Of a DNA stretch of 64,000 nt, positions 25,949-39,900 are shown one piece after another; the first letter of the stretch is position 1, and every line of letters begins with the position of its first letter. The notes beneath the pieces are model-generated. The model was not told the DNA's origin, did not search any database, and saw nothing but the letters and a program-made list of their open reading frames with translations. The position numbers and the translations under genes are program-made. The stretch comes from Scenedesmus sp. PABB004 (Eukaryota), in NCBI GenBank assembly GCA_014905635.1, contig JABVCE010000024.1, forward strand, positions 434,001-498,000. The letters are read 5' to 3'.

Positions 25949-27550
25949 TCAGACCGCATGAGCGCCACGCGGCGCGGCGGCCGGGCCGGCGCGGGCGTGA
26001 GCGCGGGCGCGGGCGGGCCGGCGCGGCGGCCGGCGGCCGCGGCCGCGGCGGAGCATGCGGTGCGTGGGCGGGTCGGCCGGGGGCCGTGGCCGTGTGTTAC
26101 TCCCCGCCCGCGAGGCCACGCTTGCCCCCCCCCCCCCCCCCTCCCACCTCCCCCTGTGCTTCGCCCCGCCAGCCCGGCCGCAGTGACAGTGTATTTGACT
26201 TGACTTTGACTCTCAGTGCCGCCCGCCCATCTGCAGTCGACGGAAGGGGCTGTCGCGGTGCATGCATGCCGTGCGTGCGTCGCAGCAGGCGCGTCGCACC
26301 AAGGTGCGTCGAACAAAAACGAACGGCAGGAGCGCTTGAACACCTTGGACACCTGCAAGGCATCACAGAGTCGCCGGCTCGCTGCAGCTGACAAGACGCA
26401 TGCGCCGACGCCACGTGGGTGTGCAGGCGCGGTCCAGGCACAACAACAGAGCCGCGCGCAGCGCGGCGCGCCAGGGTATGCATTCGCCCGCCATCGCAGT
26501 GCCGACCCTGCGCACCTGATGCCTGGTGCGACCGTCGCCGCGGCAGCCCCAGACTTGAACCACGCTTGCACCACACGCGACCATTTGCACGCCAAGACGA
26601 TGTCCAGTCAATGACGGTGGATGACAATCAAGTTGCCTGAAGCGCAAACAAACACAGCCAGCCCGGACGGCGGCCAGGTAGCCGCGTTGACAGTGCGGTT
26701 GATGCAATCAACGCCTCACGCCGATTGCATTCCCAGCGCACGCTGCTGCTGCTGCTCCCATGCACCCAAGCCCCCAGATCTGGCCGCCCCCGTCCCTTTC
26801 CTTTCTCTGCCGGCTCCCGCCCGGCCCCCACAACGCCCGCAACAGGAACATGCCTGCCCAACAGCACACAGATCAGTGGGCACTGATTGACTGAACTGTG
26901 AGTTTGGGCCAAAGGGGGCTGATGCCACACGCGCCGCGGTGGCCGGAGCCGCCGTGTGCAAGCGCAAACACACACACCAACGCAGCACGGACACACACTG
27001 GGGGACCGCGACGCGAAATGAAGTGCGCCGTGTGTGCGGCGCAGGCGCCAGGCGATAGGCTAGCTAGTGATCAGGGTTCCGCCGATGCACGTTGATTCCG
27101 TATTATGCTCAGTGCCCCGGGGCCACTGCGTGGCCAGTGGATGGCTACAGAAGGAGGCGTGATGCTGGCCGCACCGCTCATTAAGGGCGCCAGCAGGCCC
27201 GACGTGTGAAGGTGGTGAGGTGCCCCGCGCGCGCACCCGGCAGTTGCAAGGGTCAGTGCGTTGTCGCCGTCTGTGCAGTGCTGCCGCCGCAGGAAGCGCG
27301 GCCATGCATCTAGATGCTGCCTCCGATCCCAGCCCGTTCCGCTTCGCGAGCCCACCTCGGGACCCACGTGCCTCGGTGCACGAGTGCACACACGCGCACC
27401 GTGCGCACACACACATTGTGCCGCTCTGCAGCACAAGTCGGCCGGCTGAGTGAGCACACTCGTTGCCGCCCGGGGGGCTGGGCAGCGCAGCGCAAGCAGC
27501 CCGCAGTGGCCGCTGCTCGCTCCCGCACCGGGGAGCCGGGCACCCGGCCG

Positions 27551-27586
<36 letters not shown>

Positions 27587-28099
27587 CGCGGCTGATGGCG
27601 TTCCAGCGTGTCCAAGCGTGAGCGCGCAAGCGCAAATCATGATCGACCGACCCCGGTGCCGCGGCGTGCGCGGCGTGCCCGCGCGCCCCAGCCCCCTCTC
27701 GTTTCCGTGAGCTGGCCACACACGACTGAATGAGCGCCCAGCGCCGCCCGGCTCGCCAACGGGCAAGCCAGGGCCGCCCTTGGCGCTTCTTGTTTATGAT
27801 GGCCGCGACGGCAAAGCCAACTTCGTATAGACAGCGTGGGCCGGCGTGAGCGTGAGCGCTGCGCTCATCGCCCATCCCTGATGCGGTGTGCGACAGCAGC
27901 TTCAATGCGGCAGGGAGCAGACCGTTGCGGGGCAATTGGGGAACAGGCTGGCCGCTCGCTGCCGTACCAGGCCGTTTTGAGTTGGGCTGGAGGCAGGGCC
28001 CGCTGGCCCGCAGGCGGCCGCGGACAAATAGGCAGTCGCAGCCGCGCACGCTCCTGGTGCACGCGCAGCGCCAAGGGGGCGCCCAGCGGAGCGGCTGGC

Positions 28100-29706
28100 C
28101 TAGGCCAGCACGCAGCCGCCCGACAGCGCCCGAATCTCCGCCAGCATGGCGTCAATGCTCGGCGAGGCCTCGCACACAGCGTGGTGGCGCCGCGCCGCCT
28201 GCTCGCGGCGCACGCCCTGCCACGCCGCCGCCGCCGCCGCGGCCGCGGCCGCGACCGGCGCGGTCTGCATCGGGCGGGCCGCCAGGGCGGGGGGCGGGTG
28301 CGCGGCGGTGCCGTCGCAGGCGGCGGCGGCCGCCTGGAGCTGCTGCACCAGCATGGCCTGCAGCTCGTCGTCGCTGCGCGCGTCGATCGCCTCGCTCACG
28401 AGCGCCGCGCTCCGGGACGCCGCGAGCGGTGCCGGCAGCGCTGGCACGCTGCCAGCCTCGCCGACAAGCTCCTGTGCCAGGCGGCTGATCAATACCTCGA
28501 CCGCGCCACCGTCGCCGCTGCTCAGGCTGCTGCCCGGGTGCGGCGGGGCGCCCCCGGCGCAGCTGGCGAGCGCGGCGCCGCGCCACCCCCCGGCCGCGGC
28601 CGAGGAGCAGCCCGAGGGGCTCGCGTCTGAGGGGCTGCACAGCGGCGGCCACGGCGCCGCGGCGCTCCACGCGCCTGCCGGCGCCGGCCCCGCGCAGCCG
28701 GAGCTCGCGCCAGAGCCCTCCGACAGCACCACCGCCCAGCGGCGCGCCTCGCGCTGCTCGCCCCAGCCGGCGCTCGTGGTGTTGAGCGCGGGGTGCAGCG
28801 CCGCCACGCCGCTGCTGCCGTTGCTGAGCGAAAGGCTGTCGGCCGGCGACAGGCGCGGCTCGCTGGCCCGCTCGCCGGCGTGGCCGGCGCCCGCCTGCCG
28901 CTCGCTCGCGGTGGCGGACAGCCGCGCCGGCCCCGGGCGCGGGCTGGGGCGGTCCTCCTGCGGCAGCTGCTGGCCGCAGCAGCTCCAGGCCGCCGCCAGC
29001 GCCGCCGCCGCGTCGGCGGTGGTCACAAATCCGTCTGCCGCCGGCGGCGCCAGCGCCGGCTCCTGCGCCTGCGCGGCGCGCGGCGGCAGCGGGGCCGCCG
29101 CGCCGCTGCGGGCCGCGCGCGCGCGTGCTTGTGGTAGCGGTGCGGGCTCGGCAGGTACGCCTGGCGCTTGCGCAGGCCGAACCGGCAGCTCCTGCGAGCG
29201 GCACAGCGCGCGCCGCGCGTCGCGGCATCTGGTCAGCCTCCCGGCCGACCCGCGGCACGACCGCGCCCCTGCTCGCAGCCTCTCAGCCACCCTCGGCCCG
29301 AGGCCCGTGCGGCTGCGCGCCGCCCGCACCGCTTGGTGCCCTCAAAGTCGGCGAGGTGCTGCAGGCGTCCGCACTGGAAGCAGAAGCGCCAGAGCTGGCG
29401 CCCGCCGCCGCGCAGCTGCACGGCGTCCGCCTTCATGTGCGCGGGGCAGAGGAGCTTGCGCACGCAGTAGGGCTTGCCCGTGGCGCTCAGGTCCGCGCCG
29501 CAGTCGCGCACCTGCGCGCGGACGCGCGCGGTCAAGGGCGGCGAGCGCGACGCCGGGCCGCTCGAGTGGCGGCGGCGCCGCCGCGCACCCGATCGCGCGC
29601 GGGCGCGCGCCTCGGCACGCGTGCGCGGGCTCACCTGGCAAACGGGAGCCTCGCGCGTCAGCGCCGGGGCCTCGGGCCCCCGGGGGGCGGGGCCCTCGAA
29701 GAGCAT
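28100..29706 (-). CDS. SBP-box (SQUAMOSA promoter-binding) transcription factor
   Basis: Spliced VCQ|VRDCGADLSATGKPYCVRKLLCPAHMKA..RFCFQCGRLQHLADFEGTKR|SCRFGLRKRQ, then a low-complexity exon to TAG at 28100-28102. Start codon tentative. Confidence 0.88.
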
Positions 29707-30435
29707 CTCACTCGTGGGGGCGGGCTGCCGACACATCCGTCGTCAGGCGCCGGCGCCGCCTGCACGAGAGGCGTTGGAGGAGCACGCGCGTGTCAGGCGC
29801 GCGTCGTGGGCAGCAGCGGCGGCGGGACGGGGCGCGATAAGCCGCGACGGTGGCATGGTGGTCATCCGATTCGCGGCGTGCGTCGCGGGGCCGCCACCTC
29901 CGCGGCGCTGCGCGCACCTGCTCGCGTCGCTGGACCGCCCGCGACCCAAGGGCGAGCTCGCGCACCGCGTGCGCGGCGTATCGGAGCGACGTCCGAGACC
30001 AGGCGCCGCGCCAGGCAGCCGCGCGCTGGCTGGGGGCAGCCGTCCGAGAGGTGCGCCTGGCGTCAGAGCTCCACGCCGCGTCGATCGTCGGACGCTGCGC
30101 GCGCTGCACCTGCTGGGTCTCTGCCGAGAGCTGACCGGCTCGCGCTTGCTAGCGCCCTGATGGCGGAGGGCATGCCTGACCTAGCGCAACACATAGACGT
30201 GGCGCTGGGCGGCGCGGGGCGCTTGGAGGACCAAGCAAGCAGGCGCGCGGTCACGTGTACGCAGCCGACCATCTTCTCGGGCCCCAACCGCGATCGCGCC
30301 CGGCGCGCTGCAGCGCCGCGGCACATGCTCCCGCGCGGGCAGCAGCGCGCCCTCGTCGACAGGGCGGGCCGAACGACCACGCGCCGGGGGCTTCACCGCG
30401 CAGCGCGCCGCGCGCGCCGCCGCGCGCGCCGCCGC

Positions 30436-33400
30436 CTACTCCGCGCCGCCGCCCACCACGCAGCCCGCGCGCCGCGCCCAGGCGAGCCATTCCGCCCAGG
30501 CGGGGTCGGCCGCGAGCGTCGCGGCGTCGCCGATCACGACGAGCCCGCGGCGCGCGCGCGTGAGCGCGACGTTGAGCCGCCGCTGGTCGCTCAGGAAGCC
30601 GACGCGGCGCCGCGGGTTGCTGCGCACGGCGCTGAAGACCACCACCTCCTTCTCCCGGCCCTGGAAGCCGTCCACCGACTTGACCTCCAGCCCCGCCAGC
30701 AGCGCGCCGGTCAGCGCCGCGCCGCCGCTGCCGCGCCGCGCGTCGGCGCCGCCCGCACTCGCGCCGCCGCTGCCGCGCCGCGCGTCGCCGCCACCCGCAC
30801 TCGCGCCGCCGCTGCCGCGCCGCGCGTTGGCGCCGCCCGCGCTCGCGCCGCCGCTGCCGCGCCGCGCGTTGGCGCCGCCCGCGCCGCCACCGCCGTCGGT
30901 GTCCAGGCGCGGCAGCAGCTGCTGGATCGCGCGCACCTGCGTGGCGCGGCGCGGCGCGGAGCAGCACATGCGCTCTCAGCCCCCGCCGCGGCGCGCGCGG
31001 GGCGGCCCCGCAGCGCGCGCGCCCCCCGCTGAGGCTGCGGCACGCTCCCCCACCTGGCCGCTGTACGGTGTGATCACACAGACCTCGCCCGCCGCCAGCC
31101 CGCCCGGCGCCAGCAGCAGGCGCTCCAGCACGCGCACGGCGGCCGCCGCCTCGGCCGCGTTGTAAAAGCTCACGCCGCCGGCACTGCTTCCGTTGCCGCT
31201 GGCGCCGGCGCTGCCGCCGCCGCCGCTGCCGCCGCTGCCGGCGCCGCCGCGCGGCGCGGGGCCGTCCTCGGCGTCGGTCGCCGCGCCCGCCTCGCGCGCG
31301 CCGCGCGAGACGCCCACGGCCGCGGCGGTGCGCGCCTCGGGGCCGCCGACCTGGATGAACATGACAGGCACCTGCGGCGCGGCCACGCGCCGCTGTGAGC
31401 CGCGCCCGTGCCCCGCGCGCGCGCACAGCTGCTGCCCCCAGGCGGCGCCGCCGCGCGCGCCTCGGGGTTGGGCCACGACAGGCCCGCCGGCAGCGGGCGC
31501 TGCGCCGGCGTCGGCGCGCTGCGCAGGCGGCCGCCGTAGAAGGCGGCGGCCGGGAACTCTGCCAGCGCTGGGTGCATTCGGTATTGAACGTCCAGCAGCA
31601 GCGGCGGCAGGCCCATCGCCTGCAGCCGCTCAAACAGGCTGCGCCCGAGGCCCAGGGCCTCGGCCTGCGGCCGGCGGCCGGCGGTGGCGCGCGGCGCACG
31701 GCGGGCTTGACGGCCACACGGCGGGCGGGCCGCCCGGGGCAGCGCCGCGCGCTCAAGAGAGAGAGAGGGAGAGAGCGAGGGACAGACATCGAGTGAGAGA
31801 GTGCGCGAAGCAGGGTGCTGCCGCCCACCTCCTTGCACTTGACGGTGGGCGGCAGCTGCCGCGGGTCGCCCACCAGCACCAGCGCCTGCGCCTGCGCAGG
31901 GCGGCGGGCGCGCGCGCACTGCACCTGGGCGCGCGCCCGCGGCCGCGCCGCGCTGCGCCCGCGCCGTGCCCGCGCTGAGTCCCGCGCGGCCGGCGCGCGC
32001 CCTGCCGGCAGCTCACCCGTGCCGCGGCTGCGACGAGCGCCGCCGGCTCGGTGGCCTGCGTGGCCTCGTCCAGCACCACCAGCTCAAAGCCACGCTCCGC
32101 CACAACCGGCTCGCCTGCGAGTCGCCAGCCGCGGCGCCGGCGCGCGTGAGCCGCGGCGAGGGAGGCAGTGACGCCTGCCGGAGGCGCGCTCTGCGCCAGG
32201 AGCAAGAGCGGCGCTCCCCGGCGGAGCACGCACCCGCGCCGACGCACGTCGCCGCCACGACCTGCGCCGCGCCCAGCACCTCGGCCGCGGCAGCGGCCTC
32301 CAGCGCAAGCATTTGCTCCCACTGGCCGCCACCGCCGCTGCTCCCGCCGCCGTCGCCGGGGGCTGGCTTGCCGCGCCGGGCCTTGGCGCCGCCGCCGCCC
32401 GCGTAGCGCCCGCCGGGCGTGGCCGCCGCGGCCGCGGCCGCGACGAGCTGCTGCCGCAGCTTCGCGGCCGCCTGCCCCGCGGGCGTGGCGGCGGCGAGGA
32501 CCTCGAGGCTCACCGCGCGCAGCGCGGGCGCGACCTGGGCGGGCGCGGGTGCGGGCGCGGCGGCTCGGCGCGGCTCGGCGCGCGTGCGGGCGCCGCGCCG
32601 CTCGCCTGCCGCGCCAGGCGTCGTCCGCGCGCGCCTTTGCGGGCTGGCCGAGGCGCACGACCCTGACGCCGAGGCCTAAGAGCCCTGTGACCAAATTGTC
32701 CACCGCCACGTTGGACGCCGCCACGGCGAGGACCTGCCCGCCCGACGGCCCCAGCAGCGCCACCGCCGCCTCCATCAGCCGCAGCAGCGTCGTGGTCTTG
32801 CCTGCGCGGCGGCGCGCGCGGGCGCGGCGGCGGCACGGCGGCGGGGTCGGCGCTGCGCGCGCAGGGCGCGGCCGCTGGGCGGTGGCGGCCGCTCGGCGGC
32901 GGTGGCGCGTGTGCACACCTGTGCCGGGCGGGCCCTGCCACAGCGTGCAGGTGCGCGCCAGCGCCGCGGCCACCGCCTTGCCCTGGCTGGCGTTGAGCTG
33001 ACCGCCGGCCACCAGCGCCTGCACGCCCGCCCGCGCGCGTGCGAGGCGCTCGCGCCCCTGCGGGCTGCGCGTCCACGGCGGCGCCTGCGCCGCGAGGCTC
33101 TGCAGCGTCTGGCCTGCAGCGCGGCGCGGCGGGGCCCGGGTCGGCTGCAGCGCGGCGCGGTGCGGCGCGGCGCGGCAGCAGCGCGGCGGTCCCACCCGCC
33201 GGCACGACGCCCGCCAGCACGCGCCACAGCGTCTCCTGCTGCGCCGCCACCGCCGCGCCCGGCAGCCCGCCGCCGGCGAGCGCGGCCGCCTGGCCGCTGC
33301 CCGCTGCGGCGAAGCGCGCGACCGCCTCGCTGCAGCGCTCGTGCGTGACGCTGTTTGCAAAGAGGTCTAGCCGCCACACCGCGCTGCGCCCTGCAGCTGC

Positions 33401-34586
33401 GACGGACGCCGCCGCGACCGGGCTCAGCGCCAGGCGCAGCCACCTCGAGCGGCGGCGGGTGCGGCGCGGCGGGGTCGTCGGGCCGCAAACGTGCGGCGGG
33501 CGCGGGGCGAGCGGCGCGCGACGCGGCGGCGCCCACGCCACGGGCGCCAGGCAGGCAGCCCGCAGCTGTGTTTGTGGCAGGCCCACCTGCTGCTGCCGTC
33601 GACGAGCACCGCCTCGTGGCTGTCCGCGAGCGGCTCGCCGCGCGAGACGAGCAGAATGTCACCCTGGCGGCAGGCAGGCGGACGGGCGGCGGCGGCGGCG
33701 AGCGGCGGCTGTGCATGGGGCGCGCGGGCGCGCGGGCGCGCCGGCGCGCGGGCGCGCCGGCGCGCGGACGAGGCGCCACTCCGGACGCAGCGCGGCCCCG
33801 CGCTGTGTGGGCGGCGGGCTGGAGGCGGCGCGCGCCTGTGAGAAGGAGTGGAAGGGCAGCGGGCGGCCCGGCACGAAGAAGCGCAGCACGACGTCCCTCA
33901 TGATGCCACCGTCAACCGCCGCCGCGAGGCCGAACAACGCGACGCCCTCGGACGCGAGCCGCGGCAGCGGCCACGCCTGGCGCAAGGGGCGCGCGAGGGC
34001 GTGCGTGCGGGCGGGCGGGCCGGCTGGCGCGCGGCGCAGGGCGCGGGGCCGCGGAGCGCGGGCGGCCGCCGCCCGCCGGCGCCGCGGCGTCACCTGCAGC
34101 CGCTCCTCCGCCTCGCGCCACTCCTCCTGCAGCTCCAGGTCCAGCGCCGCCTGGAAGGCCGCACCGTGAGCCTCGAACAGCCCCCGCGCGGCGGCGCGCT
34201 TTGCGCCGCGCCCCCGACCGCCGCCGCCGCCGCCGCTGTCGTCGCCGCCCTGCTGCTGCTTCTGCTTCCCCTGCAGGTGCTCCACCACCAGCTCCGCGTA
34301 CGGGCGCAGCGGCGGGGCATCGTCGCCGGAGGCGTCGCCGCGCTCGTCGGCCGCGGCGCCGCCGCCCGGCAGCGTCGGCGCCTCCAGCGTGGCCGCCGCG
34401 CGGGCGAGGCGCTGCGCCGAGACCCTGCGCCCGGCGGCCGCGGCGACGGCCCGGCCGTGGGGCTTGGGTCGGCACCGGCCGCGGCGCGGCGCGGCGCGGA
34501 GCGGCGCGGCGCGGCGCGCCCTCCGCTGCGGCCCCCGGTGCTCACATGCTGGCCCGCTTGGCGGCCGCTTGAGCCATGGCAGACAT
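30436..34586 (-). CDS. Superfamily 1 UPF1/IGHMBP2(DNA2/NAM7)-like helicase
   Basis: [82 protein letters not shown]. Confidence 0.93.
30718..30885 (-). repeat. In-frame 42-bp tandem repeat (about 4 copies) in the helicase last exon
   Basis: Encodes repeated AGG(A/G)(N/D)ARRGSGGAS between ITPY and SVDGFQG. Confidence 0.85.
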
Positions 34587-35231
34587 TTTGGGCACAGCGC
34601 CGCCGCCGCCTCCGCCGCCCTTCCGCCCGCCGCCGCCGCCGCCACCGCTCCGCTGCTGCTTCTGGGCGCCGCCGCCGGACGGGCCGCGCCGGCCCTGCCT
34701 GCGCGCACGGCGGGGCGCAACGTGGGCGGCGGCAGCAGCGGGCGGTCGCCAAGTGAACCAGGCCACAGCCCAGGCCCGACGGTGGGCTGGCTGTGGGCTT
34801 CTGATCCCGGCCGGGCAGCTGCCGCGGCGCCCGCCGCCGCTCACCCCTTTGCCAGGCAGCGGACGGCGCGGGCGCGCTGCTGCGGCGCCGGTGCCGCGCC
34901 GCCGGCGCGGCCTGGGAGCCCAGCGCTCCTCATTGCAAGTGCCTGGAGTTTTAGAAGGCACAGCCGCGACCGAGGCGCCGCCAGGGGGCGGAGGCTAGGC
35001 GCTGGGGCGTGCGCAGCGCTCGGCCATCACCAGCCAGAAAAGGGCCGCCCAGGGGGCGCGCCTCGCCCAGCCAGCCTGCGGGTGCCAAGCAGCGCAAGAT
35101 GCACCGCCTGCTGGCGGCCCGGCCGCGCTGCGTGCACGCCGGCGGGTGCCGCAGCAGCGGCGGCAGCGGTGGCAGCAGCGGAGCTTTCTGTGCGAGATCG
35201 ATCGGCAGCGGGCAAACGACTCTGACAACGC

Positions 35232-35236
35232 TTACA
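35232..35236 (-). terminator. TGTAA poly(A) signal for FLVB
   Basis: TTACA on + about 370 nt past the FLVB stop. Confidence 0.55.
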
Positions 35237-35607
35237 ACTGGGGAGACAACTGGGGAGACCTAGGTGCACCCAGCAGTTCAAGCATCCGCGCGGCACCACA
35301 AAACCGCCGCCGCCCGGCCGCCCTGCAAACCGCCGCCGCGCCGCCGTCGGGCGCTTTCATTCCAGTCGCTCTCGCAAGGAAGCAGTGCCGGTCGGAAGAA
35401 GTAAAGCGCCCGCCCTCGCCGCTCTCCTCGTACACGCGCGCGCCCCGCCGGCGCCGCCGCTGCGGCCGGCCGGCCCCTCGCGCCGCCGCCTCGCCGCGCC
35501 TCTCCCACCACTTCTGGCAGACCCCCACCCGCCCGCGACCGCCGCCGACGCCGCGCACGCAGTCCCGGCCGGACGCCGGGCAGGGCCGGGGCGGGGCGGG
35601 GCGCCGC

Positions 35608-36950
35608 TCAGTAGTAGTTGCCGACCTTGCGCCGGTGCACCGCGGTGCGCTCGTCGGCCGAGAGCACCTCGCCGCCGCTCACGGTCGCGTAAGTCACCCA
35701 GTGGTCGGGCGTCTCCAGGCGGCTGACCACGGTGCACTCCATGTAGGCGATCGCCGCGCGCAGCACCGGCCCCGCGCCCGACGCCGCGGGGAACGTCTCC
35801 ACGCCCTGGCGGCGGCGGGGCGGCGGGGAGAGGGCGCGGCGCGGGCCGTGAGCGGCGGCGCGCGGGGAGCACAGCGCGCGCCCGCGGCGGCGCGCCCCGC
35901 CTCGACGTTGCTCGCCCGCGCACCGCTGGCTCTCCCCCGCCGACTCTCCCCCGCCCCGGGCGCGACCGCCCTAAACCCTAAACCATGAGCCCTAAACCCT
36001 AAGCCCTCAAACCCTAAGCCGTGCGCCCCGCACCTCGAAGCGGTCCTGCCCCGCCGCAAAGCGCTTGAGGAAGTGCTTCATCACCGGCTCCGCGCCGCCC
36101 TCGCCCAGGGCGTTGAGCACAAACGTGTCGCCGACCTGGGGGGGGGGGGGCGCGGGTGGTGCAGGGCGCAGGGTTTTGCGGGGCGTTGCGGCGCGGCGCG
36201 GGGCGGGGCGGGGCGGATGTTTAGAGGTGGTGTCAGATTTCAGCGAGCGAGGGAGGGAGCGCGGCGGGAGGGAGGGCGGCGCCCCAGCGCCCCGCGCGGC
36301 GCCGCCCCCCGCCCCGCCGCCCCCCGCGCCGCGGCGCCCCGGCGCGCCGCGCGCCTGCATCATCGACTCGATCGCGCGGTCCTTGGCCACCGCGATGGTC
36401 AGGCCGAGCGGCTCGAACGACGCCTGGCTCACCCAGCTCGCGACCATCGCGCTGCGGCGCGCCGGCGGGGGGGGGGGGGTTGACGGTTGTGGGTTTGTGT
36501 GCGTGTGTGCGTGCGTGACGCTGCTTGCAAATGCCCCAGCGCCCACGCCCATACGCCCGCCCCCGCCCGCGCCCCCGCCCGGCGCCCGAACGCCCCCCAC
36601 CTGGTCGCGTCGGCCTGGGCCGCGGTGACGATGTAGAGGCCGGAGGAGATGCGACCGAGGGCCTTGGCCACCTCGGGGGCCATGGCCGCCTTCTTGCGCG
36701 CGATGACGTCCTTGCTGGTCAGGGCCTGGGCAGGGTTTAGGGGGGTTTAGGGGGGGAGAGGGGAGGGGGTTTAGAGGTTGAAGGTTTGAAAGGTCTTGCA
36801 GGCGTCGGCAGGGGCCGTCGCGGCGAGGGCAGGCGCGCAGGGCTCAGGCGGGCGCGGGGGTGCGTAGGGCTGCCGGAGCGGGCGCCAGGGGCTGGCTGGC
36901 TGCGGGGGCTGCCAGCCCTGACTGGGCCACGCGCGCGCCCACACACACAC

Positions 36951-36991
<41 letters not shown>

Positions 36992-39900
36992 CCCCCACCT
37001 GCGCGAGGTCTGTGCCCGCCTCCTCAAAGCCCTGGTAGAGCTGCACGCTCGGCGACTCCTTCACGCGCAGCGCGTCGCCCAGCACCTGCGCGGCGCGGCG
37101 GGGGCGCGGGTGGGGTTGCGGCGGGGTTCAGGCGGGGCTCAGGGGGTGGGAGGGAGGGAGGGAGGGAACGCGGGAGGGAGGGCGGGCGGCGCAGAGAGAG
37201 AGGGATGGAGGGAGGCCGGCGCAGGGCGGCGCAGGGAGAGGCGCAGGAGGGAGGCGGGCGGCGAGGAGGGGCGTGCGAGGGCGGGGTGTGAGGGAGGGGA
37301 GGGGGCTTAAGGGTTCAGGGTTTAGGGGGGGCGCACCTCGGCGCCGACGCCGAGCAGCCCCGCCACGAGCGTGTCGACCGGCTCGTCGCTGCCGCCGTAC
37401 GACTCGGCCACCAGCACCTGGGGGGCGGGGGGATTGCGAGGAGTGAGCGGGAAGGGAGAGGGGAGGGTGAGCGGAAGGGGCAGGGCAGGGGGTCCGCGGC
37501 GGCCGCCGCCGGCGCGCGCGCGCGGACGCCGAGGCGCCCCGCCGCCCCCGGCGCCGCTCCTCCGCTCACACGCACACCCATCCACACCCACACACGCGCG
37601 CACACACACACACGCAAACACGCACACACGCACACGCACACACCCAGCCAGCCACGCCGCCCACCTTGGTCTTGGGCTTGATCGCCGACAGCAGCCCCGC
37701 GAGCGCCTTGGCCGCGTCGGCGTTGCCGCTCGGCGGCGCCATCAGCACGAGGCCCCGGCTCGCCGCCATGATGGACACCAGCTCCTGGCCGCGGCGGGGG
37801 CACAGGCGCCGCGGGCCGCAGGGGGGAGAGGGAGAGGGAGAGAGGGGCGGGGGGGGGGGGGGGGTCAGTTTGGTGCCGGGCGCGCCACGAGTCCGCGCGG
37901 CGCGCCGCCCGCCCGCGTGCCCGCCATTTTGCGAGCAGCGGCGGCGGCGGCGGCGGCAGCCCCGGCGGCGGCGGCGGCGGCAGCGGGGGCGGCAGCAGCG
38001 GCGGCAGCGGCGGCAGCGGCCCCAGGCGGGCGCGCGCGGCGCGCCTGCGGGTCGACGCTGAGCACGTCGACCATCTCCGTCTTGACGCCCGCCTTGGTCA
38101 CGCCCTTGGCCAGCGTCTGGCTGAGGCGGTCGCTGAAGCCGTAGTCGGCCGCGTACAGCACAGCGACCTGGCGGTGGCGTCGGCGGGGTTTAGGCGCGGG
38201 GGTTTGTGAGGGCGCGGCGGGGTTTTGCGGGGTTCAGGGATGCCTCAGCGGAGGGAGGGCGGGAGGGAGGGCGGGAGAGAGAGAGAGAGAGAGAGCGGGA
38301 GAGAGAGAGAGAGGGAGAGCCAGCAGGCCCCGACCCACGCAGCCGCTCCACGCCGTGCGAGCGCGCGCGCGCCACGCGGCGCCGCGCGGGCGCGCGCGCG
38401 CCTGCACCGCGCCCTTCTCGACCGCGGCGCTCCAGGCGCGGTAGTTCTCCACCAGGGCCTCCACGTTGTAGCGGATGATGGGGCCGTGACCGTTGGCGAG
38501 CGTGTTGAACTGCAGGTCCTTGACCTGCGGGGGTTTGGGGGCGCGGGGAGGGGAGGAGGGTTGGGGGCGGTTGGAGGCGGTGGGTCAGCAGAGATATGCG
38601 TGTGAGAGGGGTGTGTTTGGGGGGGGTGAGGGAGCAAGAGAGAGAGAGAGAGAGGGGGAGAGGGAGAGGGAGAGGGAGAGAGGGAGCAAGAGGGAGGGAG
38701 AGGGAGAGAGAGGGAGGGAGAGGGAGAGATGGAGAGGGAGAGAGGGAGAGGGAGAGGGAGAGAGGGAGCAAGAGGGAGGGAGAGGGAGAGAGGGAGAGGG
38801 AGAGAGGGAGAGGGAGAGAGGGAGAGGGAGAGAGAGGGGCGCGCGCGGCGCGGCGCGGCGCGGCGCGGCCGCGCGCCTTGCGCAGCGCGGTCGTGACGCT
38901 CTTGGCGTTGGGCTTCATCAGGCAGTCGTAGTAAAACCTGGGTCCAGGGCGGGGCGGGGTTTTGAGGGAGGGGGGCGGCGGGGGCTGTGGACCTGCCCGC
39001 CTGCCGACGCGCGCGCAGGCGCGGCGCGGCGCGGGCCGCACAAAACACCGCAAGAAACGCACGGCGCGCGGGCGCGGCGCGGGCGCGGCGCGCGGGCGCG
39101 GGCGCGGCGCGGCGCGGGCGCGGCGCGGGCGCGGCGCGGGCGCGCGGGCCTAAACCCTAACCCCTAAACACCTGTAGTGCGGCATGATCGCGGCCACGTC
39201 GGCGTCAAACGGCTCCTCGGTGCAGTAGTGCAGCCCAAACGCGTCGCACGTGTACATCACGCCCGTGGCGTGGTCGAAGCTGGCGCGCGGCGGCGCGCGG
39301 GGGCGGGGGGGGGCGGCGGCGGCGGCGCGCGGGGAGGGGCGGGGCAGTCGGTGGGTCAGTCGGCCGGGGCGCGGCGGCGGGTTTGGGCGCGCGGCGCGCC
39401 GCGCGACGCGGCTGCTGCTCTGCCCCCCCCCCCCCCCCCCCACCACCACCACCACCACCACCACACCACCCACATCCCCCCACAAACACACCCACACGCC
39501 CACACCACCCACACCCCGCACACACATACCCACCGCCCACCTGAACATGGTGTCGGGCCAGTGCAGGTTGGGTGCCATCACAAACTCTATGACGTGCCCG
39601 CCCCCCAGGTCCACCGTGTCGCCGCCCTTGACGGCGCGGCTCTTAAACTTCCTGCGCGCACACGCGTGGCCGCGCGTGGCCGCGACCGAGGCGCCGGCCG
39701 GCAGCGGGCGTTGTTGTTTTGTTTGTGTGTGGGAGGGAGCGTGTGAGAGTGTGGGTGCTGGGGGGCATCGGCGGGCGGCGGGCGGCGCGAGCGCTCCGCT
39801 CCGCCCGCCAGCGCGGGCGACCAGCGCCGCGCGACCGCCGCGCCCGCCGCCACGCGGCCGCCCGCGCGCGAAGCGGCCGCGGCGCCGCCGCCGCCGTGCC

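Noticed and set aside
27038..27070. Helitron-like 3' end (short hairpin + CTAG)
   Set aside because: The stem is only 5 bp, and no matching 5' end or second copy was seen.
35965..36020. True telomere or chromosome fusion site
   Set aside because: The motifs are short, degenerate and lie inside introns of intact genes.
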